From assembly GCA_905213875.1 (NCBI GenBank), contig CAJMJN010000002.1:68363-132362 (forward strand): DNA of 64,000 bases, given 5' to 3'. The position numbers and the translations under genes were made by a program. The notes beneath the pieces are model-generated. The model had not been told where the DNA came from and did no database searches. It saw only the letters and a list, made by a program, of their open reading frames with translations. The stretch comes from an uncultured Clostridium sp. GTDB lineage: Bacteria; Bacillota; Clostridia; TANB77; CAG-508. Below, piece after piece: positions 18,900 to 29,300 of the stretch; positions within the stretch are counted from its first letter, which is position 1; the number at the start of each line of letters is the position of its first letter.

Positions 18900-19733
18900 A
18901 TGATAGACGTACATTCACATATATTACCAAATATTGATGATGGTTCAAGAAGTATAGAAGAAACCTTTAATTTAATAAAAGAAGCAAAAGAAGCAGGATT
19001 TGAAGGGATTGTTTGTACATCACATTATATGGAAAATTATTATGAAACAAATAGACCTGAAAGAGAAGTATGGATTAATGCAATACATGAAAACTTAGAA
19101 AACAAAAATATAGATATGAATCTATATTTAGGAAATGAAATATATATGTCAGATAATATAATAGAATTGCTGGAAGATGGAAAAGCAACAACCATGAATG
19201 ACACAAGCTATGTATTATTTGAATTACCTATGAATGCAGAACCAATGAATTTATATGATATGGTTTATGAAATGCAACAATATAAAATAGTTCCAATTTT
19301 GGCACATCCAGAAAGATACAGTTTTGTACAAACAGATCCAGAATTAATATATGATTTAATTGATAAAGGTGTGTTAATGCAGGCAAATTATGGAAGCATT
19401 ATAGGTCAATATGGAAAAAAAGCTCAAATGATAGTACAAAAATTTCTTGAAAACAATATGATACATATGTTAGGAACAGATGTGCATAGACAAAATACTA
19501 TATATCCAAAAATTCCTGAAATAATATTAGAGCTAAAGTCCTTAATAGGAGAGGAAAAAGTAAAAGAATTGACAACAATTAATCCAGAATTAGTAATAAA
19601 TAATAAAAGGATAGATATTAGAAAACCATATAAAGTAGAATTAACATTAAAAGAAAAAATATCAATGTATACAGAAGATACATTACAAAAAGTAAAGACA
19701 ATGATAAGAAAAAGCCAAAGTGGTAGACATTAA
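18900..19733 (+). CDS. CpsB/CapC-type PHP-family tyrosine-protein phosphatase
   Basis: MIDVHSHILPNIDDGS, TSHY, LAHPERY metal-binding motifs. Confidence 0.9.
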   Translation: MIDVHSHILPNIDDGSRSIEETFNLIKEAKEAGFEGIVCTSHYMENYYETNRPEREVWINAIHENLENKNIDMNLYLGNEIYMSDNIIELLEDGKATTMNDTSYVLFELPMNAEPMNLYDMVYEMQQYKIVPILAHPERYSFVQTDPELIYDLIDKGVLMQANYGSIIGQYGKKAQMIVQKFLENNMIHMLGTDVHRQNTIYPKIPEIILELKSLIGEEKVKELTTINPELVINNKRIDIRKPYKVELTLKEKISMYTEDTLQKVKTMIRKSQSGRH

Positions 19734-19815
19734 AACATATGAAATTTAAAATATAAGTAAATAATAAATTAATTATTTAAGTTCAATAATATTGGACAAG
19801 GAAGGAAGTAATTTT

Positions 19816-21180
19816 ATGAGAAAATATTTTGGAACAGATGGGATTAGAAGAATTGCTAATACAGAATTAACACCAGAACTTGTATATAAAGTAGCAAAAG
19901 CTGGAGCATATGTATTATCAAAACATACAGATCATACACCAACAATATTAATAGGTAGAGATACACGTATTTCTGGAACATTAATAGAAAGTGCAATGGT
20001 AGCAGGATTTTTAAGTTATGGAGCAAATGTTAAATTATTAGGTGTAATTCCAACACCAGCAGTAGCATATTTAACAAGAAAATTAAATGCAGATGCAAGT
20101 GTTGTTATTTCAGCATCACATAATACATTTGAATTTAATGGAATTAAATATTTTAGTAATAAAGGTATGAAAATTCCAGATACTTTAGAAGAAGAAATCG
20201 AAGAAATAATGGAATCAGATAAGTTTACTGAATTAACAGCAAAAAATGAAAAAATAGGAGTTTCAGAATATGCATTAGATTTAATGGATGAATATGTATA
20301 TTTCTTTAGAAAAAACTTTGATGATATTATAGATAAATATAATAATAAAGATTTCATAGTAGCATTAGATACAGCAAACGGAGCAACATCAGTAGTTGCA
20401 GAAAAAGTATTTAAAGCATTAGGAATAAATTATAGAATTATTAACAATCATCCAAATGGAATTAATATTAATGACAATTGTGGATCAACACATTTAGAAG
20501 GATTAAAAAAATATGTGGTAGATAATCACATGAGCCTTGGAGTTGCATATGATGGTGATGGTGACAGATGTTTAGCTGTTGACGAAAAAGGAAATGAAAT
20601 TGATGGAGATAAATTGTTAGCTATTATTTCACAACATCTTAGAAAAAAAGGAAAATTAGAAAAAGATACAATAGTAGCAACTGTTATGAGCAATTTAGGA
20701 TTAAACAAATATGCTAGAGACAACGGATTAGAGTTACTACAAACTAAAGTTGGAGATAGATATGTTCTAGAAGAAATGCTAAAAGATGGATATAATTTAG
20801 GAGGAGAACAATCTGGACATGTAATTTTATTAGATTATAATCCAACAGGGGATGGAATTTTAACATCATTAATGTTAATTAGTACAATTTTAGAAGAAGG
20901 TAAAAAAGCATCTGAACTAAGTGAACTTATAAAATTATATCCTCAAGTATTAGTAAATGCAAAAGTAAATAGTAATAAAAAATATGATTATGATAAAGAT
21001 ACTGAAATCAAAGAAGCAATTGACAAATTAGAAAGAGAATTTGCTGGAAATGGTAGAGTATTAATAAGACCTTCAGGAACTGAACCACTAGTAAGAGTTA
21101 TGATTGAAGGTGAAGATCAAGAATATATTACTAAAAAAGCTGAAGAAATAGCTAAACTTATAGAAGAGAAACTAAAATAA
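19816..21180 (+). CDS. glmM: Phosphoglucosamine mutase
   Basis: YFGTDGIRRIAN, active-site SASHNTFEFNGIK, GDGDRCLAVDE, GGEQSGH. Confidence 0.95.
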   Translation: MRKYFGTDGIRRIANTELTPELVYKVAKAGAYVLSKHTDHTPTILIGRDTRISGTLIESAMVAGFLSYGANVKLLGVIPTPAVAYLTRKLNADASVVISASHNTFEFNGIKYFSNKGMKIPDTLEEEIEEIMESDKFTELTAKNEKIGVSEYALDLMDEYVYFFRKNFDDIIDKYNNKDFIVALDTANGATSVVAEKVFKALGINYRIINNHPNGININDNCGSTHLEGLKKYVVDNHMSLGVAYDGDGDRCLAVDEKGNEIDGDKLLAIISQHLRKKGKLEKDTIVATVMSNLGLNKYARDNGLELLQTKVGDRYVLEEMLKDGYNLGGEQSGHVILLDYNPTGDGILTSLMLISTILEEGKKASELSELIKLYPQVLVNAKVNSNKKYDYDKDTEIKEAIDKLEREFAGNGRVLIRPSGTEPLVRVMIEGEDQEYITKKAEEIAKLIEEKLK

Positions 21181-21297
21181 TATTTTGGTTATATGTAATA
21201 AAAATGTAATATAAACTTAATTAAAAAATATTGATTTGAAAATATAATAATGATATTATATATTCATAAAAACAAAAGAAAATTGGAGGGGATCAAG

Positions 21298-21636
21298 ATG
21301 TTGATTTTTGACATATCTAATCCATTAACATTATTATTAATGTTAGCAGTAACAGTTTTATTAATATTTTTAGCACAAGAAGTGAAAAAAAGTATGATAG
21401 TAGCTGGAGTATTATTTGTATATTTAGTATTATTAATAACACATGTAGCACAAATTGCTACTTTGTCAGAAGAGTACAGATATATGTTAGAAATATTATC
21501 AAGATGTATTGTTATTGACTTTATTTTTGTATTTATATCTTTCTTCTCATATTTATGGGTAGATGATATAGAAACAAAAAAATTAGGTAAAAAAAGTTTA
21601 GATGATAGTCTAGATTGGTTTTGGAAAAAAGTATAA
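21298..21636 (+). CDS. Small integral membrane protein (3 TM), function unknown
   Basis: GGAGGGG RBS before ATG 21298. Three hydrophobic segments. Confidence 0.5.
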   Translation: MLIFDISNPLTLLLMLAVTVLLIFLAQEVKKSMIVAGVLFVYLVLLITHVAQIATLSEEYRYMLEILSRCIVIDFIFVFISFFSYLWVDDIETKKLGKKSLDDSLDWFWKKV

Positions 21637-21687
21637 TTGCAGTAAAATACAATTATTTTAAAGAAAGATGTAAAAACCTTAAAGGCA

Positions 21688-21717
21688 GAAAGAAGCTTGG
21701 ATGAGCTTCTTTTTTTA
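21688..21717 (+). terminator. Rho-independent terminator
   Basis: gaaagaagct / agcttcttt stem with a 6-nt loop and a T7 run. Confidence 0.8.
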
Positions 21718-21831
21718 TATAACAGAAAAACTTTCTGAACTTCCTATAATACAAATTATCTAATTAAATATCATAATTAATAATGTAGTTGAATATATTA
21801 AATATAATAGACTTAAGACAAGGAGAATAAT

Positions 21832-22977
21832 ATGTTTAGTATAGCTATATTAAAATTAAAAGATGTCATAAAATTTGCTATAGTAATTGTAGTAGCAATT
21901 TTTATTATTATATTTTGTGCAAAAAATTTAAATAGTTTATCTAAAATATTGGATCAAACATTACCTGCTATAAAAAATATGAATGAAGAATATAGAAATA
22001 TATCTAAAGAAGATCCAGCAATTGATAAAAATATCTTAAAATCTATGATGAAAACTCAAATCAGTTCAGTAAAAGGATTAGAAGAAATAGAAGCTAAACA
22101 AAAAGAAAAAGATACAAATAATAGCATAGATAGCAGTGAAAATGTAAATAACAATCAAAATGAAACCAATGATACAAAAAAAACTGATAATGCTGAAAGT
22201 TCAGAAATAAAAGTAGCAGAAACAGGAGTTACAACACAAGTTATCACTCAAAATCCAATAGCAGAAAAAAGTAATGTACAATATGGTAATGTAAAAATAA
22301 AAAATGAAACAGATTATGAATTAACTCAAGAAATGTTAAAACCAGACATTACAATAGAAAATAGAAATATAATAATTTTTCACACACATAGTTGTGAAAG
22401 TTATACATCAAGCGAAAAATATCCATATATCCCAACAGGAAATTATAGAACAACAGATTTGAACTATACAGTTACAAGAGTTGGAACAGAATTAGAAAAT
22501 CAGTTGAAAAATTATAATTTTAATGTAGTACATAATCAAGATTATCATGATTATCCATCATATAATGGATCATATACAAGATCATTAAAAACTGTCGAAG
22601 GAATTTTAGAAACAGCACCAAGTGACATAATTATTGATTTACATAGAGATGCAGTAGGCTCAAGAAGCGATTATGCACCAACTGTAAAAATAGGAGACGA
22701 AGAAGCCGCACAAATAATGTTTGTAATAGGAACAAACAATGGCGGATTGTGGCACCCTAACTGGAATCAGAATTTAAAATTCGCAGTAAAAGTGCAAGAA
22801 AAAGCAGAAGAATTGTATCCAGGGTTGTTTAAACCAATAATGCTAACAAAATCGAGATATAATCAACATACTGGAAAATATGCAAATATAATAGAAGTAG
22901 GGGCAACAGGAAACACATTAGAGCAATGTTTAAATAGTATGAAATATTTAGCTAAAATTATGAATGATATAACCTGA
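21832..22977 (+). CDS. spoIIP: Stage II sporulation protein P (SpoIIP amidase/endopeptidase)
   Basis: N-terminal TM, IIIFHTHSCESY, IIIDLHRDAVG, MFVIGTNN, NQHTGKYANIIEVG. Confidence 0.9.
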   Translation: MFSIAILKLKDVIKFAIVIVVAIFIIIFCAKNLNSLSKILDQTLPAIKNMNEEYRNISKEDPAIDKNILKSMMKTQISSVKGLEEIEAKQKEKDTNNSIDSSENVNNNQNETNDTKKTDNAESSEIKVAETGVTTQVITQNPIAEKSNVQYGNVKIKNETDYELTQEMLKPDITIENRNIIIFHTHSCESYTSSEKYPYIPTGNYRTTDLNYTVTRVGTELENQLKNYNFNVVHNQDYHDYPSYNGSYTRSLKTVEGILETAPSDIIIDLHRDAVGSRSDYAPTVKIGDEEAAQIMFVIGTNNGGLWHPNWNQNLKFAVKVQEKAEELYPGLFKPIMLTKSRYNQHTGKYANIIEVGATGNTLEQCLNSMKYLAKIMNDIT

Positions 22978-22998
22978 TTTTGGGGATGATTTTGGGGA
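22975..22998 (+). repeat. Perfect 12-bp tandem duplication (tgattttgggga x2) starting at the spoIIP stop codon
   Basis: 22975-22986 is identical to 22987-22998. The second copy forms the base of the hairpin's left arm. Confidence 0.9.
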
Positions 22999-23062
22999 CG
23001 GAGCAAAAAATCATTTTTATATAAAATTTTTAAAATGATTTTTTGCTCCGTCCCCAAAATCA
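22987..23062. terminator. Unusually long perfect hairpin (31-bp stem, 14-nt loop)
   Basis: 22987-23017 is the exact reverse complement of 23032-23062 (core ttttggggacggagcaaaaaatcatttt). It is GC-rich relative to its surroundings. Confidence 0.7.
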
Positions 23063-23131
23063 CTTGAAATTTATTCCAACTTTATATATAATGTGGACAG
23101 AAAATTCAAAAGAAAGTTGAGGGATATAATT

Positions 23132-24439
23132 ATGGCAGAAATTAAACTAAATTTAAAAAATTCAGGAATTACACAAAAAAGTATTATGGAATATAAAGCA
23201 CAAGTAGAAAATATCCATAAAGACCTACACAAAAGGTCAAATGAAGAAGATGATTTTGTTGGATGGTTAGAATTACCAACTAACTATGATAAAGAAGAAT
23301 TTAAAAGAATTAAAAAAGCTGCAAAAAAAATAAAAAAAGAATCTGATATATTGGTCGTAATAGGAATTGGTGGTTCATATTTAGGAGCAAGAGCTGTTAT
23401 CGAATCATTAACAAGTACATTTAACAATATGTTACCTGCAAAACAAAGAAAATTTCCTCAAATTGTATATGCAGGGAATAATTTAAGTTCAAATTATTTA
23501 AATGAATTGATAGAATATATTGGAGATAAAGATTTTTCTGTAAACGTAATATCTAAATCAGGTACTACAACAGAGCCTGCAATTGCTTTTAGAGTATTTA
23601 GAGAAATCTTGGAAAATAAATATGGAATTGATGAAGCAAGAAGTAGAATTTATGCAACTACAGATAAAGCAAAAGGAGCATTAAAAACATTAGCTGAAAA
23701 TGAAGGCTATGAACAATTTGTTGTTCCAGATAATGTGGGTGGAAGATATTCTGTTTTAACAGCAGTAGGATTACTTCCAATTGCAGTAGCAGGAATTGAT
23801 ATAGATAAATTAATGGAAGGTGCTAGAGTAGCACAAGAAAGATATAATGATCCTAACTTAAAATATAATGAGTGTTATCAATATGCAGTTGTAAGAAATA
23901 TTTTATATAAATTATATAAAAATACAGAAATTTTAGTAAATTATGAGCCTAAAATGCATTATTTTACAGAATGGTGGAAGCAACTATTTGGTGAAAGCGA
24001 AGGAAAAGATGAAAAAGGAATTTTACCAGTTGGTGTCGATAATACAACAGATTTACATTCAATGGGACAATATATTCAACAAGGAAGAAGAAATTTATTT
24101 GAAACAGTTATTTCAATAAAAATACCTAATTCTGATTTTACAATAAACTCTGATGATGATAATTTAGATGGATTAAATTATTTAGCTGGTAAAAAATTAG
24201 ACTATGTAAATAAAAAAGCAATGGAAGGAACTGTACAGGCACATGTTTCAGGCGATGTTCCAAATATAGAAATTTCTCTAAACAAATTAGATGAGGAAAA
24301 TCTAGGAGAATTAATATATTTCTTTGAAAAATCATGCGCGATGTCTGGAAGCATATTAGGAGTAAATCCTTTTAATCAACCAGGAGTTGAAGAATATAAG
24401 AAAAATATGTTTAAATTATTAAAAAAACCAGGTTATTAA
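23132..24439 (+). CDS. pgi: Glucose-6-phosphate isomerase
   Basis: [48 protein letters not shown]. Confidence 0.95.
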   Translation: MAEIKLNLKNSGITQKSIMEYKAQVENIHKDLHKRSNEEDDFVGWLELPTNYDKEEFKRIKKAAKKIKKESDILVVIGIGGSYLGARAVIESLTSTFNNMLPAKQRKFPQIVYAGNNLSSNYLNELIEYIGDKDFSVNVISKSGTTTEPAIAFRVFREILENKYGIDEARSRIYATTDKAKGALKTLAENEGYEQFVVPDNVGGRYSVLTAVGLLPIAVAGIDIDKLMEGARVAQERYNDPNLKYNECYQYAVVRNILYKLYKNTEILVNYEPKMHYFTEWWKQLFGESEGKDEKGILPVGVDNTTDLHSMGQYIQQGRRNLFETVISIKIPNSDFTINSDDDNLDGLNYLAGKKLDYVNKKAMEGTVQAHVSGDVPNIEISLNKLDEENLGELIYFFEKSCAMSGSILGVNPFNQPGVEEYKKNMFKLLKKPGY

Positions 24440-24444
24440 AATAG

Positions 24445-24468
24445 AAATCCCTTTTAAAGGGATTTTTA
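24445..24468 (+). terminator. Rho-independent terminator
   Basis: aaatcccttt / aaagggattt stem followed by a T-run. Confidence 0.75.
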
Positions 24469-24559
24469 TTATATTGTACATAACATTGCAAAAAAGAAAA
24501 GACTGTGATATATAATAAAACAATTAATGAAATTACAAAAATAGAAGGTGAAAGCAAAA

Positions 24560-25282
24560 ATGATTTATGAAGAAAATTTTAAAATAGGACTAAAGGATAT
24601 AGGTAAAAATAATTTAATAAAAAATAAGGCAATTTTAGAAATGCTAGAAAATATAGGCGCATTTCAATCTGATTTAGTAGGGTATGGAATAAATGACATA
24701 ATAAAAAATAAAATTACGTGGATATTATTAGAATGGGACTTAAAGGTAATAGATAGACCTGAATATGGAAATGAATTGAAAATAAGAACATGGGCAAGAA
24801 ATGCAAATAGATTTTTTACATATCGAGATTTTGAAATATATGTTAAAGATAAACTTGTTGCAGTTGCAACATCTAAGTGGGCACTAGTTGATATAGAAAA
24901 AAGAAAAATAGCTATAATAACAGAAGAAATTATAAAAGCATATAAAATGGAAGATAAGAGTGTATTGAAGATAGATAATTTAGAAAAAATTAAGATGCCA
25001 GAAAAATTTGAAAATATAGTAAAATATGAAATTAAAAGACGAGATATAGATGTAAATAAACATTTGCATAACTTGTATTATTTAGATTTAGCCTATGAGG
25101 CATTACCAGAAGATATTTATAACAATAAAAGACCATTTAATAATGTTAAAATTGTATATAAAAAAGAAATAAGACTAGGAGATATAGTAAACTGTGAATA
25201 TTCAAAAGTAGAAGGAAAACATATTATAATAATAAAAGATCAAGAAGAACAAAAAGTTCATGCAATTATTGAGTTATATTAA
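24560..25282 (+). CDS. Acyl-ACP thioesterase (FatA/B-like hotdog pair)
   Basis: Size and the pattern ITWILLEWDLKVIDRPEYGNELKIRTWA...FTYRDFEI...RRDIDVNKHLHN. Confidence 0.75.
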   Translation: MIYEENFKIGLKDIGKNNLIKNKAILEMLENIGAFQSDLVGYGINDIIKNKITWILLEWDLKVIDRPEYGNELKIRTWARNANRFFTYRDFEIYVKDKLVAVATSKWALVDIEKRKIAIITEEIIKAYKMEDKSVLKIDNLEKIKMPEKFENIVKYEIKRRDIDVNKHLHNLYYLDLAYEALPEDIYNNKRPFNNVKIVYKKEIRLGDIVNCEYSKVEGKHIIIIKDQEEQKVHAIIELY

Positions 25283-25447
25283 AATATAAAACATTCAATT
25301 AAAATGTTTATATAAAGCCTAAAATTGTTAAAAACATAAAAAAATAGTGAAAAATGAAAGAAAAAATCAAAAAAAGTGGTTAAAAATCTTGAAATTAGGA
25401 AAAACTATGTTATAATAACAATTGGTTTAAAAAGGGAGGAATTTGTA

Positions 25448-26890
25448 ATGAATGAACAATTAAGAAAAACAAAAATAATAGGAACAATAGGACCTGCTAG
25501 TGAAAACGAAGAAATGTTTACAAAATTAGTAAAAGCAGGACTAAATGTAGCAAGAATTAACTTTTCTCATGGTGGATATGAAGAAAATAAGGAAAAAATT
25601 GAAACAATAAAAAGAGTAAGAAAAACTTTAGGAAAACCTGTTGCTTTAATGTTAGATACAAAAGGACCAGAAATTAGAACAGGTGTATTAGAAACAGGAG
25701 ACGAAAAAGTAGTAATAAATGAAGGACAAACATTTACATTTGTTCATGATGACATTATAGGAAATAATGAAAAAACAACAATTACTTATAAAGATTTATA
25801 TAAAGAAGTAAAAGTTGGAACAGAAATGTTAGTTGATGATGGAGCTATAAAATTTAGAGTAACAGAAATAAAAGATAAAGATATAGTTTGCGTTGCTTTA
25901 AATACAGCAAAATTAGGAAGCAGAAAAACAATGAATATTCCATCAGTAAATATTCAAATGGAATTTTTATCAGAAAAAGATATTAAAGATATAACACAAG
26001 GAATTACTGCAGGATTTGATTATATAGCAGCATCATTTGTAAGAAGAGCACAAGATGTTAGAGATATAAAAGAATTATTAAAAGCAAATGGTGGAGAAAG
26101 AATAAAAATAATCTCTAAAATTGAATGTCAAGAAGGAATTGACAATTTTGATGAAATATTAGAGGAATCAGATGGAATAATGGTAGCTCGTGGAGATATG
26201 GGAGTTGAAGTTCCAATGGAAATGGTTCCTATATATCAAAAACAAATCATTAAAAAATGTAATAAAATAGGAAAACCAGTTGTTACAGCTACACAAATGT
26301 TAGAATCAATGACATCAAATCCAAGACCAACAAGAGCAGAAGTAAGTGATGTTTCAAATGCTGTATATGATATAACAAGTGATATTATGCTATCAGGTGA
26401 ATGTGCTATGGGTAAATATCCTGTAGAATGTATTGAGGCTATGGTAAAAATATCTAAAGCAACAGAAAACTCAATTCATTATTGGAATAGATTTTATAAA
26501 AGAAGTTTTGACCATAACAAAAAAGATATGGAAGAAGCTATTGCATACACAACAGCTGTTACAGCAGAACAAATTGCAGCAGATGCTATTGTAGCTTATA
26601 CAAACACAGGAAGATCAATAGAAAAATTAGCTTCAGTTGCAACTGAATGCCCTGTATTTGCAATAACAGATGATGAAAAAACATTTAACCAATTATCAAT
26701 AGTATTTAATGCTACACCAGTATTATGTGAAGGTGAAAAAACTATAGATGATACAATATCAGCAGGAATTGAAAAATTAAAAGCTGAAGGATTATTATCA
26801 GAGGGAGACATGGTTGTTTTATCAGGAGGGGCATCAGCATTAAAGAAAGAAGAAAAAGGTAAAGTTATTGGGGGATGTGTTAGAATTTAG
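25448..26890 (+). CDS. pyk: Pyruvate kinase
   Basis: KTKIIGTIGPAS, NVARINFSHG, MLDTKGPEIRTG, MVARGDMGVEVP, ATQMLESM. Confidence 0.95.
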   Translation: MNEQLRKTKIIGTIGPASENEEMFTKLVKAGLNVARINFSHGGYEENKEKIETIKRVRKTLGKPVALMLDTKGPEIRTGVLETGDEKVVINEGQTFTFVHDDIIGNNEKTTITYKDLYKEVKVGTEMLVDDGAIKFRVTEIKDKDIVCVALNTAKLGSRKTMNIPSVNIQMEFLSEKDIKDITQGITAGFDYIAASFVRRAQDVRDIKELLKANGGERIKIISKIECQEGIDNFDEILEESDGIMVARGDMGVEVPMEMVPIYQKQIIKKCNKIGKPVVTATQMLESMTSNPRPTRAEVSDVSNAVYDITSDIMLSGECAMGKYPVECIEAMVKISKATENSIHYWNRFYKRSFDHNKKDMEEAIAYTTAVTAEQIAADAIVAYTNTGRSIEKLASVATECPVFAITDDEKTFNQLSIVFNATPVLCEGEKTIDDTISAGIEKLKAEGLLSEGDMVVLSGGASALKKEEKGKVIGGCVRI

Positions 26891-26931
26891 TTTCATAACA
26901 CCATAAATATAAAATTAAAACTTAAATAACT

Positions 26932-27017
26932 AAAACGAAGTTTAATATTGTAATAAACATAAATTATTAAATATAAAATTTAATAATAAGCTTATTATAA
27001 AAAAACTTCGTTTTTTA
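26932..27017 (+). terminator. Terminator-like structure (12-bp outer stem enclosing an AT-rich interior)
   Basis: aaaacgaagttt (26932-26943) pairs with aaacttcgtttt (27003-27014), followed by a T-run. Confidence 0.5.
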
Positions 27018-27176
27018 TTTTACGAAATTTACATTTTTATTGTTATTTAGATAAAAAGTATGTTATACTATAAAAGTACAGAAAAACTACAGCAAATAAG
27101 ATATGAACAAAATATGAACATCAAATGTATACAAAAAATTATAATCAGAAATAGATTTAAGAAAGGAAAAATAAAT

Positions 27177-28520
27177 ATGGCAAAACCAATTGTAGCAATA
27201 ATAGGAAAACCCAATGTAGGAAAATCTACTTTTTTTAATTATTTAGCAGGAACAAGAATATCTATTGTAGAAGACACACCAGGTGTTACAAGAGATAGAA
27301 TTTATGCTGAAACTAATTGGAGAGGTAGAGATTTTACTCTAATAGACACAGGTGGAATTGAACCTGATTCAGATGATATAATACTTTCTCAAATGAGAGA
27401 ACAAGCAAACTTAGCAATAGAAATGGCAGATGTAATAATATTTTTAACAGATGTAAGGCAAGGAGTAACAGCTGCAGACCAAGAAATAGCATTGATGTTA
27501 AAAAAATCTAAAAAGCCAATTGTTTTAGTTTGCAATAAAGCAGACAATTTAGAAAAATATCAAAATGAAGTATATGAATTTTATAATTTAGGAATAGGAG
27601 AACCACATCCAATTTCAGCATCAAATGCTATTGGAATAGGAGATGTTTTAGACGAAATATATGAACATTTTCCCAAACAAAATGAAAATGAAGAAGACGG
27701 ATTAATAACAAAAGTTGCTTTAATAGGAAAACCAAATGTAGGAAAATCTTCTTTAGTTAATAGAATTATAGGCGAAAATAGAAGTATTGTAAGTGATATT
27801 CCAGGAACAACAAGAGATGCAATTGATACAAACTTTAAAAATGATAAAGGCGAATATATTTTAATAGATACAGCAGGATTAAGAAGAAAAAGCAAAATAA
27901 AAGAGGATATCGAAAAATACAGTATAATTAGAACAATGCTTGCAATCGAAAGAGCAGATGTGTGTTTAATGATGATAGATGCAACACAAGGAGTTACAGA
28001 CCAAGATACTAAAATTGCAGGAGAAGCACATGAAGCGGGAAAAGGTGTAATAATTGTAGTAAACAAATGGGATGCAATAGAAAAAGATAATCATACATTA
28101 GAAGCATATAAAAAAGATGTTTATGAAAAATTAAAATATCTTTCATATGCACCTATAATATTTATTTCTGCAAAAACAGGACAAAGAGTAAATAAATTAT
28201 TTGAATTAATAAATTATGTAGCAGAACAAAATTGTATGAGAATAAAAACATCTGTGTTAAATCAGGTTGTAAATGAAGCAATTGCAATAGTTCAACCACC
28301 ATCTGATAAAGGAAGAAGATTAAGAATCTATTATGGAACACAAGTATCAACAAAACCACCAACATTTGTTATATTTGTAAATGATAAAAGTCTATTCCAT
28401 TTTTCATATGAAAGATATTTGGTAAATCAAATAAGAAAAGAATTTGGATTAGAAGGAACACCAGTAAGAATAATAGTAAGAGAAAAATCTGATAAAGAAG
28501 CTCAAAAGGAGGGGTATTAA
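27177..28520 (+). CDS. der: Ribosome-associated GTPase Der/EngA
   Basis: Two G domains ([18 protein letters not shown]; DTGG, DTAG; NKAD, NKWD) plus a KH-like C-terminus. Confidence 0.95.
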   Translation: MAKPIVAIIGKPNVGKSTFFNYLAGTRISIVEDTPGVTRDRIYAETNWRGRDFTLIDTGGIEPDSDDIILSQMREQANLAIEMADVIIFLTDVRQGVTAADQEIALMLKKSKKPIVLVCNKADNLEKYQNEVYEFYNLGIGEPHPISASNAIGIGDVLDEIYEHFPKQNENEEDGLITKVALIGKPNVGKSSLVNRIIGENRSIVSDIPGTTRDAIDTNFKNDKGEYILIDTAGLRRKSKIKEDIEKYSIIRTMLAIERADVCLMMIDATQGVTDQDTKIAGEAHEAGKGVIIVVNKWDAIEKDNHTLEAYKKDVYEKLKYLSYAPIIFISAKTGQRVNKLFELINYVAEQNCMRIKTSVLNQVVNEAIAIVQPPSDKGRRLRIYYGTQVSTKPPTFVIFVNDKSLFHFSYERYLVNQIRKEFGLEGTPVRIIVREKSDKEAQKEGY

Positions 28521-28521
28521 A

Positions 28522-29169
28522 ATGGTTATATACATAATTATGGCATTAATTGCATATGTAATAGGAAGTATAAATTTTTCAGTTATAATAAGTAAAAAGG
28601 TTGCAGGATTTGATGTAAGAGAAAAAGGAAGCGGAAATGCAGGAAGTACAAATATGTTACGTTCTGTAGGAAAAAAAGCAGCAGCATTAACTTTGGTATG
28701 TGACATTTTAAAAGGAGTTATATCTATAGGAATCGCAGTTGTATTAGGAAATATGGTACAAGATATAAATAGAGAACTATTAGTACAAATAGCAGGAATC
28801 GCAGTTGTATTAGGACATACTTTCCCAGTATTTTTTGGATTTAAAGGTGGAAAAGGTGTTGCAACATCATTAGGAGTACTATTAATAAGCAACTGGCAAA
28901 TAGGATTAATATGTCTAGTATTTGCATTAGTACTTATGGTTTTAACAAAAATGGTATCACTTGGATCTTGTGGAGCAGCAGTTCTATATCCAGTTTTAAC
29001 TTTATTTATAAACCAACATTATACAGTTTTAACAGAAGGAAAAAGTGGAAAAGCGTATTTAATTTATAGTATTATTTTAGCAGTAATTGTATTATATAAT
29101 CATAGAAGTAATATAAAAAGATTATTAAATGGAACTGAAAACAAATTAAGTTTTAAAAGTGCCAAATAG
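28522..29169 (+). CDS. plsY: Glycerol-3-phosphate acyltransferase PlsY
   Basis: YVIGSINFS, GSGNAGSTN, FKGGKGVAT. Confidence 0.95.
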   Translation: MVIYIIMALIAYVIGSINFSVIISKKVAGFDVREKGSGNAGSTNMLRSVGKKAAALTLVCDILKGVISIGIAVVLGNMVQDINRELLVQIAGIAVVLGHTFPVFFGFKGGKGVATSLGVLLISNWQIGLICLVFALVLMVLTKMVSLGSCGAAVLYPVLTLFINQHYTVLTEGKSGKAYLIYSIILAVIVLYNHRSNIKRLLNGTENKLSFKSAK

Positions 29170-29300
29170 CAACGAATGTGTAGAAATATATGACACTGAG
29201 AATTGTATTAAGCAAAAAAGCAACAAAGTTGTATAAATAATATGCTGAAAAAATTAATAATTATGGGCTTTGATAGTAAATTGGAAAGGAACGAAAGATT

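Noticed and set aside
27060-27176. N-terminal extensions in the ORF track (27060, 25376, 49061, 23093, 19792, 46373, 48937, 8077 and others)
   Set aside because: In each case a downstream ATG is preceded by a good RBS and matches the conserved family N-terminus. The extensions run through promoter or terminator sequence.
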